This document shows positions 42,876 to 51,666 of a stretch of DNA of 64,000 nucleotides, one piece after another. The DNA is from Erythrobacter sp. (lineage in GTDB: Bacteria; Pseudomonadota; Alphaproteobacteria; Sphingomonadales; Sphingomonadaceae): positions 2,894,587 to 2,958,586 of the forward strand of contig NZ_CP136573.1 of assembly GCF_035194505.1 (NCBI RefSeq). The letters are read 5' to 3'. A program made the position numbers and the translations under genes. Position 1 is the first letter of the stretch. Every line of letters begins with the position of its first letter. The notes under the pieces are model-generated. The model saw nothing but the letters and a program-made list of their open reading frames with translations. It made no database searches and was not told the origin of the DNA.

Positions 42876-44054
42876 ATGACTGAGTATGCACGCGGGCTCG
42901 CACACGAGCCGACGCTTAAGCCTGAGCGCCCCTTCTTTTCGTCGGGCCCCACGGCAAAATTCCCCGGCTGGTCGCTGGACAAGCTCAAAACCGAATCGCT
43001 TGGACGCTCGCACCGCTCCGCGCTGGGCAAGGCGCGTCTGAAGTACGCGATCGACCTCAGCCGCGAACTGCTCGGCATCCCCGATGACTATCTGATCGGC
43101 ATCATGCCTGCCTCGGACACCGGCGCGATCGAAGCCGCCATGTGGTCGATGCTCGATCCCGCGCGCCCGGTGACGGTCGCGGCGTGGGAAAGCTTTGGCA
43201 ATATCTGGATCCAGGACGCGGTGAAGCAGTTGAAGCTGCCCAATCTGCAGGTGCTGACGGCCGATTATGGCGAGATCCCCGATCTCACCACCATCCCGCA
43301 GCGCAATGACGTTGTCTTCACCTGGAACGGCACCACCTCGGGCGCGATGATTCCCAATGCCGACTGGCTCGAACCGGGCCGCGAGGGGATTACCATCAAC
43401 GACGCCACCAGCGCGATCTTCGCGCAGGAGATGGACTGGTCGAAGCTCGATGCCACCACCTATTCGTGGCAGAAGGTGATGGGCTCGGAAGCCCAGCACG
43501 GCATGCTGATCCTCAGCCCCAAGGCGGTCGCGCGGATCGAAAGCTATGATCCGGCCTGGCCGCTGCCCAAGCTGTTCCGCATGAAGAAGGGCAACAAGAT
43601 CAACGCCGGCATTTTTGCGGGCGAGACGATCAACACCCCCTCGATGCTGGCGACCGAAGATTACATCGCGGCGCTGGAATGGGCCAAGGCGATCGGCGGG
43701 CGCAAGGCGCTGGTCGAACGCGCCAATGCCAATGCCAAGATCGTCAAGGACTGGATCGAGTCCACCCCGTGGCTGCGCAACATGGTGCCCAATCCGGCCC
43801 AGCAGACCAATACCGGCGTGTGCATGATGTTCCAGGGCGAGTGGTACGAAAGCCTCTCGGACGAGGACAAGGCCGGTGTTCCCAAGAAGATCGTCAAGCT
43901 GCTCGAAGAGCGCAATGTCGGCTATGACTTCAACGGCTACCGCGATGCGCCGCCGTCCTTGCGCATCTGGTGCGGCTCGACTGTCGAGCAGGAGGACCTG
44001 AAGCGCCTGCTGCCGTGGATCGAGTGGGCCTACGAGAAGGTCAAGAACGGCTGA
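42876..44054 (+). CDS. serC: Phosphoserine aminotransferase
   Basis: 392 aa from ATG 42876, with AAGGAGAG upstream. The N-terminus is PFFSSGPTAKFPGW. It precedes serA. Confidence 0.9.
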   Translation: MTEYARGLAHEPTLKPERPFFSSGPTAKFPGWSLDKLKTESLGRSHRSALGKARLKYAIDLSRELLGIPDDYLIGIMPASDTGAIEAAMWSMLDPARPVTVAAWESFGNIWIQDAVKQLKLPNLQVLTADYGEIPDLTTIPQRNDVVFTWNGTTSGAMIPNADWLEPGREGITINDATSAIFAQEMDWSKLDATTYSWQKVMGSEAQHGMLILSPKAVARIESYDPAWPLPKLFRMKKGNKINAGIFAGETINTPSMLATEDYIAALEWAKAIGGRKALVERANANAKIVKDWIESTPWLRNMVPNPAQQTNTGVCMMFQGEWYESLSDEDKAGVPKKIVKLLEERNVGYDFNGYRDAPPSLRIWCGSTVEQEDLKRLLPWIEWAYEKVKNG

Positions 44055-44067
44055 GGCCGTCCAATTC

Positions 44068-44157
44068 GCGTCGCCCCGGCCTTGGCGCCGGGGCCGCTCT
44101 CCCCTGTTCCCAATGCGCGTGTCGCGCGCGATCCCGGGTCGAGCCCGGGATGACGAG
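44068..44157. repeat. Bipartite double-hairpin repeat, copy A (serC-serA gap)
   Basis: GTCGCCCCGGCCTTGGCGCCGGGGCCGCT, then about 35 nt, then GATCCCGGGTCGAGCCCGGGATGACGA. Same architecture as copy B at 45768-45855. Confidence 0.7.
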
Positions 44158-44172
44158 TGGAAGGTATTCAAA

Positions 44173-45759
44173 ATGACCAAGCCCAGAGTTCTGATTTCCG
44201 ACAAGATGGACCCCAATGCCGCCCGCATCTTCGAAGAGCGCGGCTGCGACGTCGATGTCATCACCGGCGAAACCCCTGAACAGCTGATCGCCCGCATCGG
44301 CGATTATGATGGCCTCGCGATCCGTTCCTCGACCAAGGTGACCAAGGCGGTACTCGATGCCGCCACCAACCTGAAGGTGATCGGCCGCGCCGGCATCGGC
44401 GTCGACAATGTCGACATTCCCTACGCCTCGTCGAAGGGCGTGGTGGTGATGAACACCCCGTTCGGCAACTCGATCACCACTGCCGAACACGCCATCGCGC
44501 TGATGTTCGCGCTGGCCCGCCAGATCCCCGAAGCCAATGCCCAGACCCAGGCCGGCCTGTGGCCCAAGAGCGGCTTCATGGGCGTGGAAGTCACCGGCAA
44601 GACCCTCGGCCTCGTCGGCGCGGGCAATATCGGTTCGATCGTCGCCAGCCGTGCGCTCGGCCTGCGCATGAAGGTGATCGCCTATGATCCCTTCCTTACC
44701 GAAGAGCGCGCGGTCGAGATGGGCGTGGAGAAGGTCGATCTCGACACGCTGCTGACGCGCGCCGATTTCGTCACGCTGCACACGCCGCTGACCGAAGACA
44801 CCCGCAACATCCTCAGCCGCGAGCGGCTGGAGAATGCCAAGAAGGGCATTCGCATCATCAACTGCGCGCGCGGCGGGCTGATCGACGAAGCGGCGCTGAA
44901 GGACTGCCTCGAAAGCGGACAGGTGGCAGGCGCGGCGCTCGACGTGTTCGAGACCGAGCCGCCGGCGGCCGATCATCCGCTGTTCGGTGCGCCCAACTTC
45001 ATCTGCACCCCGCACCTTGGCGCATCGACCAACGAAGCGCAGGTCAATGTCGCGCTGCAGGTTGCCGAGCAGCTGGCTGACTACCTCGTCAATGGCGGTG
45101 TCACCAACGCGCTCAACGTGCCGAGCCTCTCGGCCGAGGAAGCCCCGAAGCTGAAGCCCTACATGGCGCTCGCCGAGAAGCTCGGCAGCCTTGTGGGCCA
45201 GCTCGCGCATGGCAACCTCACCCACATCAGCATCGAACGCGAGGGCGCGGCCGCCGAACTCAACGGCAAGCCGATCACCGCCGCAGTCCTGGCCGGCTTC
45301 ATGCGTCGCTATTCGGACAGCGTGAACATGGTCAACGCGCCGTTCCTCGCCAAGGAGCGCGGGCTTGACGTAAGCGAGATCCGGCACGAGCGCGAAGGCG
45401 CCTTCAACACGCTGGTGCGGGTGACGGTGCAGACCTCGGCCGGCGCACGTTCGGTGGCGGGCACGCTGTTCGGCACGGAAGCGCCGCGTCTGGTCGAAAT
45501 CTTCGGCATCGGGATCGAAGCCGAACTCGCCGGGCACATGCTCTACATCGTCAATGACGACAAGCCGGGCTTCATCGGCCGCATCGGCACGCTGCTGGGC
45601 AATCACGGCATCAACATCGGCACCTTCAACCTCGGCCGCCGCGCCGCGGGCGGGGAAGCGGTGCTGCTGCTGAGCCTTGACGATGCGCTGACCCCGGAAG
45701 TCGTCGCCGAGGCCGAGAAGGTCGAAGGCGTCAAGACGGTGACCGCGCTTACGTTTTGA
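44173..45759 (+). CDS. serA: D-3-phosphoglycerate dehydrogenase (long form with ACT domain)
   Basis: 528 aa from ATG 44173. Motifs GRAGIGVDNVD and GLVGAGNIGS (NAD), plus a C-terminal ACT-like domain. Confidence 0.95.
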   Translation: MTKPRVLISDKMDPNAARIFEERGCDVDVITGETPEQLIARIGDYDGLAIRSSTKVTKAVLDAATNLKVIGRAGIGVDNVDIPYASSKGVVVMNTPFGNSITTAEHAIALMFALARQIPEANAQTQAGLWPKSGFMGVEVTGKTLGLVGAGNIGSIVASRALGLRMKVIAYDPFLTEERAVEMGVEKVDLDTLLTRADFVTLHTPLTEDTRNILSRERLENAKKGIRIINCARGGLIDEAALKDCLESGQVAGAALDVFETEPPAADHPLFGAPNFICTPHLGASTNEAQVNVALQVAEQLADYLVNGGVTNALNVPSLSAEEAPKLKPYMALAEKLGSLVGQLAHGNLTHISIEREGAAAELNGKPITAAVLAGFMRRYSDSVNMVNAPFLAKERGLDVSEIRHEREGAFNTLVRVTVQTSAGARSVAGTLFGTEAPRLVEIFGIGIEAELAGHMLYIVNDDKPGFIGRIGTLLGNHGINIGTFNLGRRAAGGEAVLLLSLDDALTPEVVAEAEKVEGVKTVTALTF

Positions 45760-45767
45760 TCGAGATG

Positions 45768-45855
45768 GCGTCGCCCCGGGCTTGACCCGGGGCCGCTGTC
45801 CGGTCAGTCGGGTGCCTGACGATAGCGATCCTGGGTCAAGCCCGGGATGACGAAC
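45768..45855. repeat. Bipartite double-hairpin repeat, copy B (serA-hisZ gap)
   Basis: GTCGCCCCGGGCTTGACCCGGGGCCGCT, then about 30 nt, then GATCCTGGGTCAAGCCCGGGATGACGA. The stem changes relative to copy A preserve pairing. Confidence 0.7.
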
Positions 45856-45862
45856 GAGCAAT

Positions 45863-46990
45863 ATGACCCAGCCCAACGATCTCCTTCCCGAAGGCCTTGA
45901 AGACCGCCTGCCGCTTGAAGCAGCGCGGATCACGGCTGCGATGCGCGCCTGCCTCGCGGTGCTGGAATCGCATGGCTATGACCGGGTGCGCCCGCCGCTG
46001 CTCGAATTCGAAGCCTCGCTGGCGGGGCGCATGGCGGGGGTTGCTGGCGGCGAGGGGCGGGCAATGTTCCGCTTCGTCGATCCGGCATCCTTGCGCACGC
46101 TCGCGCTGCGCAGCGACATGACCCCGCAGGTTGGCCGGATTGCCGCCACCAGCCTGCGCAATGCACCGCGCCCGCTGCGGCTTGCCTATTCTGGCGACAC
46201 CGTGGTGATCAAGGCCAGCCAGCTCGATCCCGCGCGCGAGCGGCTGCAACTGGGCGCGGAGCTGATCGGCGCAGACACAGTCGCTGCGGCAAGCGAGGCG
46301 GTGATGCTCGCCATCGAGGCGCTGAAGGCGGCTGGCCTCACCGGCATATCGGTCGATTTCACGCTGCCCGATCTGGTCGACACGCTGGCAGAGAAGGCCT
46401 TCCCTCTGGCGTCCGAACAGATCGAGGCGGTGCGGCGCGAGCTCGATACCAAGGATGCCGGTGGCCTTCGCAGCGCGGGCGGGGCGGCATATCTGCCGCT
46501 GCTCTATGCCACAGGCCCCTTCGACAAGGCGCTTGCCGCGCTGCGGGATGTCGACGCGGGTGGGGCGCTGAAGTCGCGGCTCGACGGGCTGGAAGCAATT
46601 GCGACCAGCATCGGGGATGCGGCGCGCATCACGCTCGATCCGACCGAGCGGCATGGCTTCGAATACCAGTCGTGGTTCGGCTTCACCCTCTATGCCGAGG
46701 GCCTGCGCCGTGCGGCAGGGCGGGGCGGCACCTACCGCATCGCCGGGACCGATGAGCCGGCAACCGGCTTCACGCTCTACCTTGATCGCTTGGCCGATGT
46801 GGCACCGCAGCCCGAAGCCGCACCGCTGGTGTGGCTGCCCTTGGGCTATGACCGGGCCGCTGCAACGGCCTTGCGCGCGAGCGGCGCGCGCACGCTTGCG
46901 CAACTGGCCGAGGGCGAGGATCCGGTGGCGCTGGGCTGCACGCATATCCTCGAGGGCGATGCGCTGGTTGAGCTGGCACCGCGCGCATGA
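45863..46990 (+). CDS. hisZ: ATP phosphoribosyltransferase regulatory subunit (HisS paralogue)
   Basis: 375 aa with a class-II aaRS-like core lacking an anticodon domain. The N-terminus is LLPEGLEDRLPLEA...LESHGYDRVRPPLLEF. Confidence 0.8.
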   Translation: MTQPNDLLPEGLEDRLPLEAARITAAMRACLAVLESHGYDRVRPPLLEFEASLAGRMAGVAGGEGRAMFRFVDPASLRTLALRSDMTPQVGRIAATSLRNAPRPLRLAYSGDTVVIKASQLDPARERLQLGAELIGADTVAAASEAVMLAIEALKAAGLTGISVDFTLPDLVDTLAEKAFPLASEQIEAVRRELDTKDAGGLRSAGGAAYLPLLYATGPFDKALAALRDVDAGGALKSRLDGLEAIATSIGDAARITLDPTERHGFEYQSWFGFTLYAEGLRRAAGRGGTYRIAGTDEPATGFTLYLDRLADVAPQPEAAPLVWLPLGYDRAAATALRASGARTLAQLAEGEDPVALGCTHILEGDALVELAPRA

Positions 46991-47388
46991 CCGACCGCGT
47001 CAAGCCGATCACCCTGCCGAATGATCCGCTCGCGCCCTATTTGATCGCGCCCGCGTGGCAGGTGGGGGAGCTTTTGTTCCTGTCCGGGCAAGCCAGCATC
47101 GGCAAAGACGGCAGCATTGTCGGCGTAGGCGACATCGACGCGCAGATCGCCCAGACCTTCGCCAATATCGAGACTGTGCTGGCCGCAGCGGGCAGTGATC
47201 TTTCGCGCGTGGTGAAGGTGACGATCTACCTCACCGACATGGGCAACTTCCCGAAGATTCTCGAGGCCCGGGAGCGGTATTTCACCCCGCCATACCCTGC
47301 GGATACCACGGTCGAGGTAAAGGGCCTCGCACTGCCGGAACTGATGGTCGAAATCGACGTGATCGCGACAGCTCCTGTCGGGGGCTAA
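46987..47388 (+). CDS. ridA: RidA/YjgF-family enamine/imine deaminase
   Basis: 133 aa with the typical YjgF fold sequence (LFLSGQASIGKDGSIVG...VKVTIYLTDM...VEIDVIA). Its ATG overlaps the hisZ stop. Confidence 0.85.
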   Translation: MTDRVKPITLPNDPLAPYLIAPAWQVGELLFLSGQASIGKDGSIVGVGDIDAQIAQTFANIETVLAAAGSDLSRVVKVTIYLTDMGNFPKILEARERYFTPPYPADTTVEVKGLALPELMVEIDVIATAPVGG

Positions 47389-48473
47389 CCGAACACCTTT
47401 TTCAGGAAGGCGTCGACCGCGTCTGTCTGCGCCTTTCCGGCATCGGTGCCCAGATCGCGGTTCATGCGTCCGTGATCCGTGCCGGTGATGGCGACCGCGC
47501 TCGCATCCGCACCGGCCTTGGCGAGCGCACGGGTCAGCGCCTCGGACTGCATCTTCGAGCCGGGACGTTCCGCGACATAGAGTGCCAGCCAATGGGGCGC
47601 GTCCTTGCCGCCGACATGGGTGATCGGCGAGAGGGCTTTCTGCCGCGCCGGATCAGTGCCGAACACGTCCTTGTAGAGCGTCGGCAGCTCCATCGTCGGC
47701 GTGGCGGCGGCGTTGACGACATCATAGCCTGCCCCGTCCAGCAGCACGACGCCCTTGATCGCCGCGAAGGCTTCATCGCCGGCATATTGCGGATCGGTGG
47801 CGACCAGCGCGGCGAGATGCGCGCCTGCCGAATGCCCCATCAGCACAATTGTGTCGGGATCGAACCCGCCCGATTGCGCCTGCCCGCGCAGCGCCTTGAT
47901 CGCGGCACCGATATCGGCGGCCTGCTGTTCCACCGGCGCGTCCGGCAGCAGCCGGTAACCTGCCGAGGCAAAAACATAGCCTGCGTCCTTGAAGTGCTGC
48001 GGCTTGGCCTGAACGAGGCCGCGATTGCCGATCTGCCAGCCGCCGCCGTGGATGAAGACCACCAGCGGTGCATCGCCCACCGCACTATCGGGGGTATAGA
48101 CATCGACCTGCTGGCGCAGGTGATCGCCATAGACCACGGTGCTGCTGATCTTCGCGCTGGCATAGGCGCCTGCACCCGCGCCCGCACCGGCCCGCGCACC
48201 CATGCCCGGGCCGCGCCTTGCGCCTGCACCTTCACCAGCACCGCGCTGGGCCTCCATCCGTTCGCGGATGCTGGCCGCGCAGCTTTCAGAAAGCTGGGCG
48301 TATTTCTCGCGCAGACAGTTGCGAAGCTCGCCGCGGTTCATCCCGCACAATCGCACGATTTCCTCGCGGCATTCGCGTGGCAGACGCTCGTCCCGGTTCC
48401 GCTGGGCAAGGATCGGGGTTGCCAGTACGGCGGCCGCGGAGAGGGCGAGCAGGGTGCGGGTGGCGGTGTTCAT
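47385..48473 (-). CDS. Secreted alpha/beta-hydrolase (esterase/lipase type) with Cys-rich N-terminal module
   Basis: 362 aa from ATG 48473. Signal peptide, oxyanion motif HGGGW, nucleophile elbow GHSAGAH, and a Gly/Ala-rich linker. The track ORF start at 48746 overlaps the purA promoter. Confidence 0.75.
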   Translation of the reverse strand: MNTATRTLLALSAAAVLATPILAQRNRDERLPRECREEIVRLCGMNRGELRNCLREKYAQLSESCAASIRERMEAQRGAGEGAGARRGPGMGARAGAGAGAGAYASAKISSTVVYGDHLRQQVDVYTPDSAVGDAPLVVFIHGGGWQIGNRGLVQAKPQHFKDAGYVFASAGYRLLPDAPVEQQAADIGAAIKALRGQAQSGGFDPDTIVLMGHSAGAHLAALVATDPQYAGDEAFAAIKGVVLLDGAGYDVVNAAATPTMELPTLYKDVFGTDPARQKALSPITHVGGKDAPHWLALYVAERPGSKMQSEALTRALAKAGADASAVAITGTDHGRMNRDLGTDAGKAQTDAVDAFLKKVFG

Positions 48474-48603
48474 TATGCGTCCTCGGGTGATTGCATGACT
48501 GTGCTTTAACGCGCACAGCCCCGCAACCCTTCGCACAGCTTGCCACCATGCCCCCGAGCGCCTAGTGCCCCTGCGGTTTTGTCGCCACCGGATAAGGATT
48601 GAA

Positions 48604-49893
48604 ATGGCCAACGTCACCGTGATCGGCGCCCAGTGGGGCGATGAGGGCAAGGGCAAGATCGTCGACTGGCTCGCCAGCCGCGCGGATGTGGTGGTGCGTT
48701 TCCAGGGCGGGCACAATGCCGGCCACACGCTGGTGATCGACGGCAAGACCTACAAGCTTTCGCTACTGCCCTCTGGCATCGTTTCGGGCACCCTGTCGGT
48801 GATCGGCAACGGCGTGGTGCTGGATCCCTGGGCTTTGCGTGACGAGGTCGCCAAGGTGGAAGGGCAGGGGGTCTCGATCACCGACGAGAACCTCGCGATT
48901 GCGGATAACTGCCCGCTGATCCTGCCGCTCCACCGTGATCTCGATGGCTTGCGCGAAACCGCGGCGGGCAAGGGCAAGATCGGCACCACCGGCCGCGGCA
49001 TCGGTCCGGCTTACGAGGACAAGGTTGGCCGCCGCGCGATCCGCGTGTGCGATCTGGCGCATCTCGACACGTTGGAGCCTCAGCTCGATCGCCTCTGCGC
49101 GCATCACGATGCGCTGCGCGCAGGCTTCGGCCAGCCGCCGGTCGATCGCGCCGCCCTGCTCGAAGAACTGCGCGAAATCGCCCCCTTTGTGCTCAAGTTT
49201 GCCCAGCCGGTGTGGAAGCGCCTCAAGAAGGTGCGCCGCGCCGGCGCCAAGATCCTGTTCGAGGGCGCGCAGGGCGTGCTGCTCGATGTCGATCACGGCA
49301 CCTATCCCTTCGTCACCTCGTCCAACACTGTGAGCGGCACCGCGGCGTCGGGCTCCGGCCTCGGCCCCAATTCGACCGGCTTCGTGCTCGGCATCGTCAA
49401 GGCCTACACCACCCGCGTCGGCTCCGGCCCTTTCCCGACCGAGCTTGAGGACGACATCGGCCAGCGCCTCGGCGAGCGCGGCCATGAATTTGGAACCGTC
49501 ACCGGCCGCAAGCGCCGCGTCGGCTGGTTCGATGCGGTGCTGGTGCGCCAGTCCTGCGCGATTTCGGGTGTCACCGGCATCGCGCTCACCAAGATCGACG
49601 TGCTCGACGGGCTGGAGAAGGTCGCGATCTGCACCGGTTATCGGCTGCACGGGAAGGTCTATGACTACCTTCCGAGCCACGCCGCCGATCAGGCCGAATG
49701 CGAGCCGATCTACGAAGAGATGGAAGGCTGGAGCCAGAGCACTGCAGGCGCGCGCTCCTACGCCGATCTTCCGGCGAATGCGATCAAGTACATCCAGCGC
49801 ATCCAGGAATTGATCGAATGTCCGGTGGCGCTGGTCTCGACCTCGCCCGAGCGTGACGACACGATCCTGATGCGCGATCCTTTCGTGGATTGA
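48604..49893 (+). CDS. purA: Adenylosuccinate synthase
   Basis: 429 aa from ATG 48604, with the P-loop [11 protein letters not shown] and [14 protein letters not shown]. Confidence 0.95.
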   Translation: MANVTVIGAQWGDEGKGKIVDWLASRADVVVRFQGGHNAGHTLVIDGKTYKLSLLPSGIVSGTLSVIGNGVVLDPWALRDEVAKVEGQGVSITDENLAIADNCPLILPLHRDLDGLRETAAGKGKIGTTGRGIGPAYEDKVGRRAIRVCDLAHLDTLEPQLDRLCAHHDALRAGFGQPPVDRAALLEELREIAPFVLKFAQPVWKRLKKVRRAGAKILFEGAQGVLLDVDHGTYPFVTSSNTVSGTAASGSGLGPNSTGFVLGIVKAYTTRVGSGPFPTELEDDIGQRLGERGHEFGTVTGRKRRVGWFDAVLVRQSCAISGVTGIALTKIDVLDGLEKVAICTGYRLHGKVYDYLPSHAADQAECEPIYEEMEGWSQSTAGARSYADLPANAIKYIQRIQELIECPVALVSTSPERDDTILMRDPFVD

Positions 49894-49927
49894 TCGCAAG
49901 GGGCAGGGCGCGTTATCCTCGGCGCTG

Positions 49928-50482
49928 ATGAAGCGTCTTGCCGCTCTTGCTCTGCTGGCTCTTGCCGCCTGTGCCAATCCGCCGCCCAAGGTGGCCGAGG
50001 CACCCGCCGCGCAACCGCCGCTGGCGCGCGAAGTCCAGCGGATCGAGCCGCGCCCGAGCTTTACCCATGTCGATTACCTGTTGTTCGACAAGTCCGAGCG
50101 GCTGATGATCGGCTATGCTGGCGGCCAGCCGGTCAAGGCGTGGCGGGACTTGCAGTTCGGTGATCAGCCGGTCGGCCACAAGCGCTTCGAGGGCGACGAG
50201 CGCACGCCCGAAGGCCGCTACGTAATCGAAGGCCGCAATCCCGGTAGCGCCTATCATCTGAGCCTGAAGGTTTCCTACCCTGCGCCTGCCGACCGCGCCT
50301 ATGCCGCGCAGTATGGCCGCTCGCCCGGGGGCGATATCTTCCTCCACGGCCAGCCCAATGCCTTGCCTTTCGGACGGATGCCGGGTGACTGGACCGACGG
50401 CTGCATCGCCTTTTCCAACGCGGAAATCGAAGAGCTGTGGCGCATCGTACCGGACGGCACGGTGATCGAAATCCGGCCTTGA
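49928..50482 (+). CDS. L,D-transpeptidase-family (YkuD domain) lipoprotein
   Basis: Lipobox LALAAC. The catalytic region is FLHGQPN...DWTDGCIAF (His/Cys). Confidence 0.8.
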   Translation: MKRLAALALLALAACANPPPKVAEAPAAQPPLAREVQRIEPRPSFTHVDYLLFDKSERLMIGYAGGQPVKAWRDLQFGDQPVGHKRFEGDERTPEGRYVIEGRNPGSAYHLSLKVSYPAPADRAYAAQYGRSPGGDIFLHGQPNALPFGRMPGDWTDGCIAFSNAEIEELWRIVPDGTVIEIRP

Positions 50483-50505
50483 TTTGCGGCGCGGCCGGCC
50501 GCGCG

Positions 50506-50592
50506 CAGACCTCCCGCCCAGCCTCCCCACCCGGCCACCATAGCCTTATGGTATCATTGGTGGCCGGGTGGGGAGGCGGGGCGGGAGGTCTG
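50506..50592 (+). terminator. Very long hairpin (35-bp arms, 1 mismatch, 17-nt loop), acting as a terminator and/or palindromic repeat
   Basis: CAGACCTCCCGCCCAGCCTCCCCACCCGGCCACCA (50506-50540) pairs with TGGTGGCCGGGTGGGGAGGCGGGGCGGGAGGTCTG (50558-50592). It starts 24 nt after the ldt stop. No U-tract follows it. Confidence 0.5.
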
Positions 50593-50667
50593 ACAGTAAT
50601 ACGCATATTTACTTGAACTGATCCTGTTTTGTTCTAGTTTCGTTCCAACATTGTTGGAGTCGAGTCG

Positions 50668-51666
50668 ATGCTGATCAATGCTGCCCCCCAAGCCGATTTT
50701 TCCTACGACATCGCGCAGGATGGCGCCGGTCTGCCCGCCCGCGTTGCGATCTATGGCGAGAATGCTTCCTTGCGTGATCAGATCGCAGCCGATCTTGGCG
50801 GGGCAGGGTTCCGCACGATCGATGGTGGCAGCATCGCTGCTCTGCTTGAAGGGCCGATTGCGCTGCTGGGCGATGTTGTGATGGTGGATTGCGCTGTCAC
50901 CGGCAGCCGCGGGCTTGATGCGATGATGCTGGCGGGGCTTGCGAGGCTCGATATGCGGGTGGCGCGCGCAGGCGCGAAGCTGATCGTGTCCACCTCGATG
51001 GCGGGGCTCGATGATGTCTTCGCAGTGCTTGATCAATCCGCACCGCAGATACTGATTTCCCCCAGCCGGGCCGAGCGTGTGGTTGCCGTCGGCCGGGTGA
51101 TGGGTGAGGCGGGTGCCGCGCGGGTGCGCGAGATGTCGGAGGAAGACCGGCTGGCCCTCCTGCGCCTGTCACAGCAGGTCGAAGCGATTGCCCAGTCGCT
51201 TGACCGGATGACCCAGCCGCTGGCGCAGCAGAGCCACCCTGCGGCGACGCTGATCTCCGGTTACAAGCGCAGTACGGAACCCGCGCCTGCCGTGCTTGCC
51301 GGTTCTGGCCAGACCCAGCTTCCCGATCCGCGCATGGTGCGCCAGGTGATTGCCAACCGGCAGGCACGTGCGCGCTTTTTCGATGCGGAACTGTTCGGCG
51401 ATCCGGCGTGGGACATGCTGCTCGATCTCACAGCCGCGCATGGTGAAGGGGCGCAGGTCTCGGTCACCTCGCTGTGCATCGCGGCGGCTGTCCCGGCGAC
51501 CACCGCGCTGCGCTGGCTCACGCAGATGGTGGAGAGCGGGATTTTCGTGAGGGTCCCCGATCCGGCCGACAAGCGCCGCGCCTTCATCGCGCTCAGCGAT
51601 CGCTCGCTGACGGCGATGGCGGGTAACTTCGCCAGCCTGCGCAGCCCCATGACGCTTGCCGCCTAG
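50668..51666 (+). CDS. Hypothetical regulator: receiver-like N-terminal domain plus C-terminal winged-helix DNA-binding domain
   Basis: 332 aa. The C-terminal ~100 aa (FGDPAWDMLLDL...VSVTSLCIAAAVPATTALRWLTQMVESGIF) resemble MarR-like wHTH modules common in alphaproteobacteria. An AT-rich region lies upstream. Confidence 0.55.
   Translation: MLINAAPQADFSYDIAQDGAGLPARVAIYGENASLRDQIAADLGGAGFRTIDGGSIAALLEGPIALLGDVVMVDCAVTGSRGLDAMMLAGLARLDMRVARAGAKLIVSTSMAGLDDVFAVLDQSAPQILISPSRAERVVAVGRVMGEAGAARVREMSEEDRLALLRLSQQVEAIAQSLDRMTQPLAQQSHPAATLISGYKRSTEPAPAVLAGSGQTQLPDPRMVRQVIANRQARARFFDAELFGDPAWDMLLDLTAAHGEGAQVSVTSLCIAAAVPATTALRWLTQMVESGIFVRVPDPADKRRAFIALSDRSLTAMAGNFASLRSPMTLAA

Noticed and set aside
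48165-48245. GCNCCN quasi-hexanucleotide repeats in the hydrolase gene as a possible contingency (phase-variable) locus.
   Set aside because: The repeats are imperfect and encode a Gly/Ala-rich linker ([22 protein letters not shown]). There is no uninterrupted microsatellite that would favour slippage.
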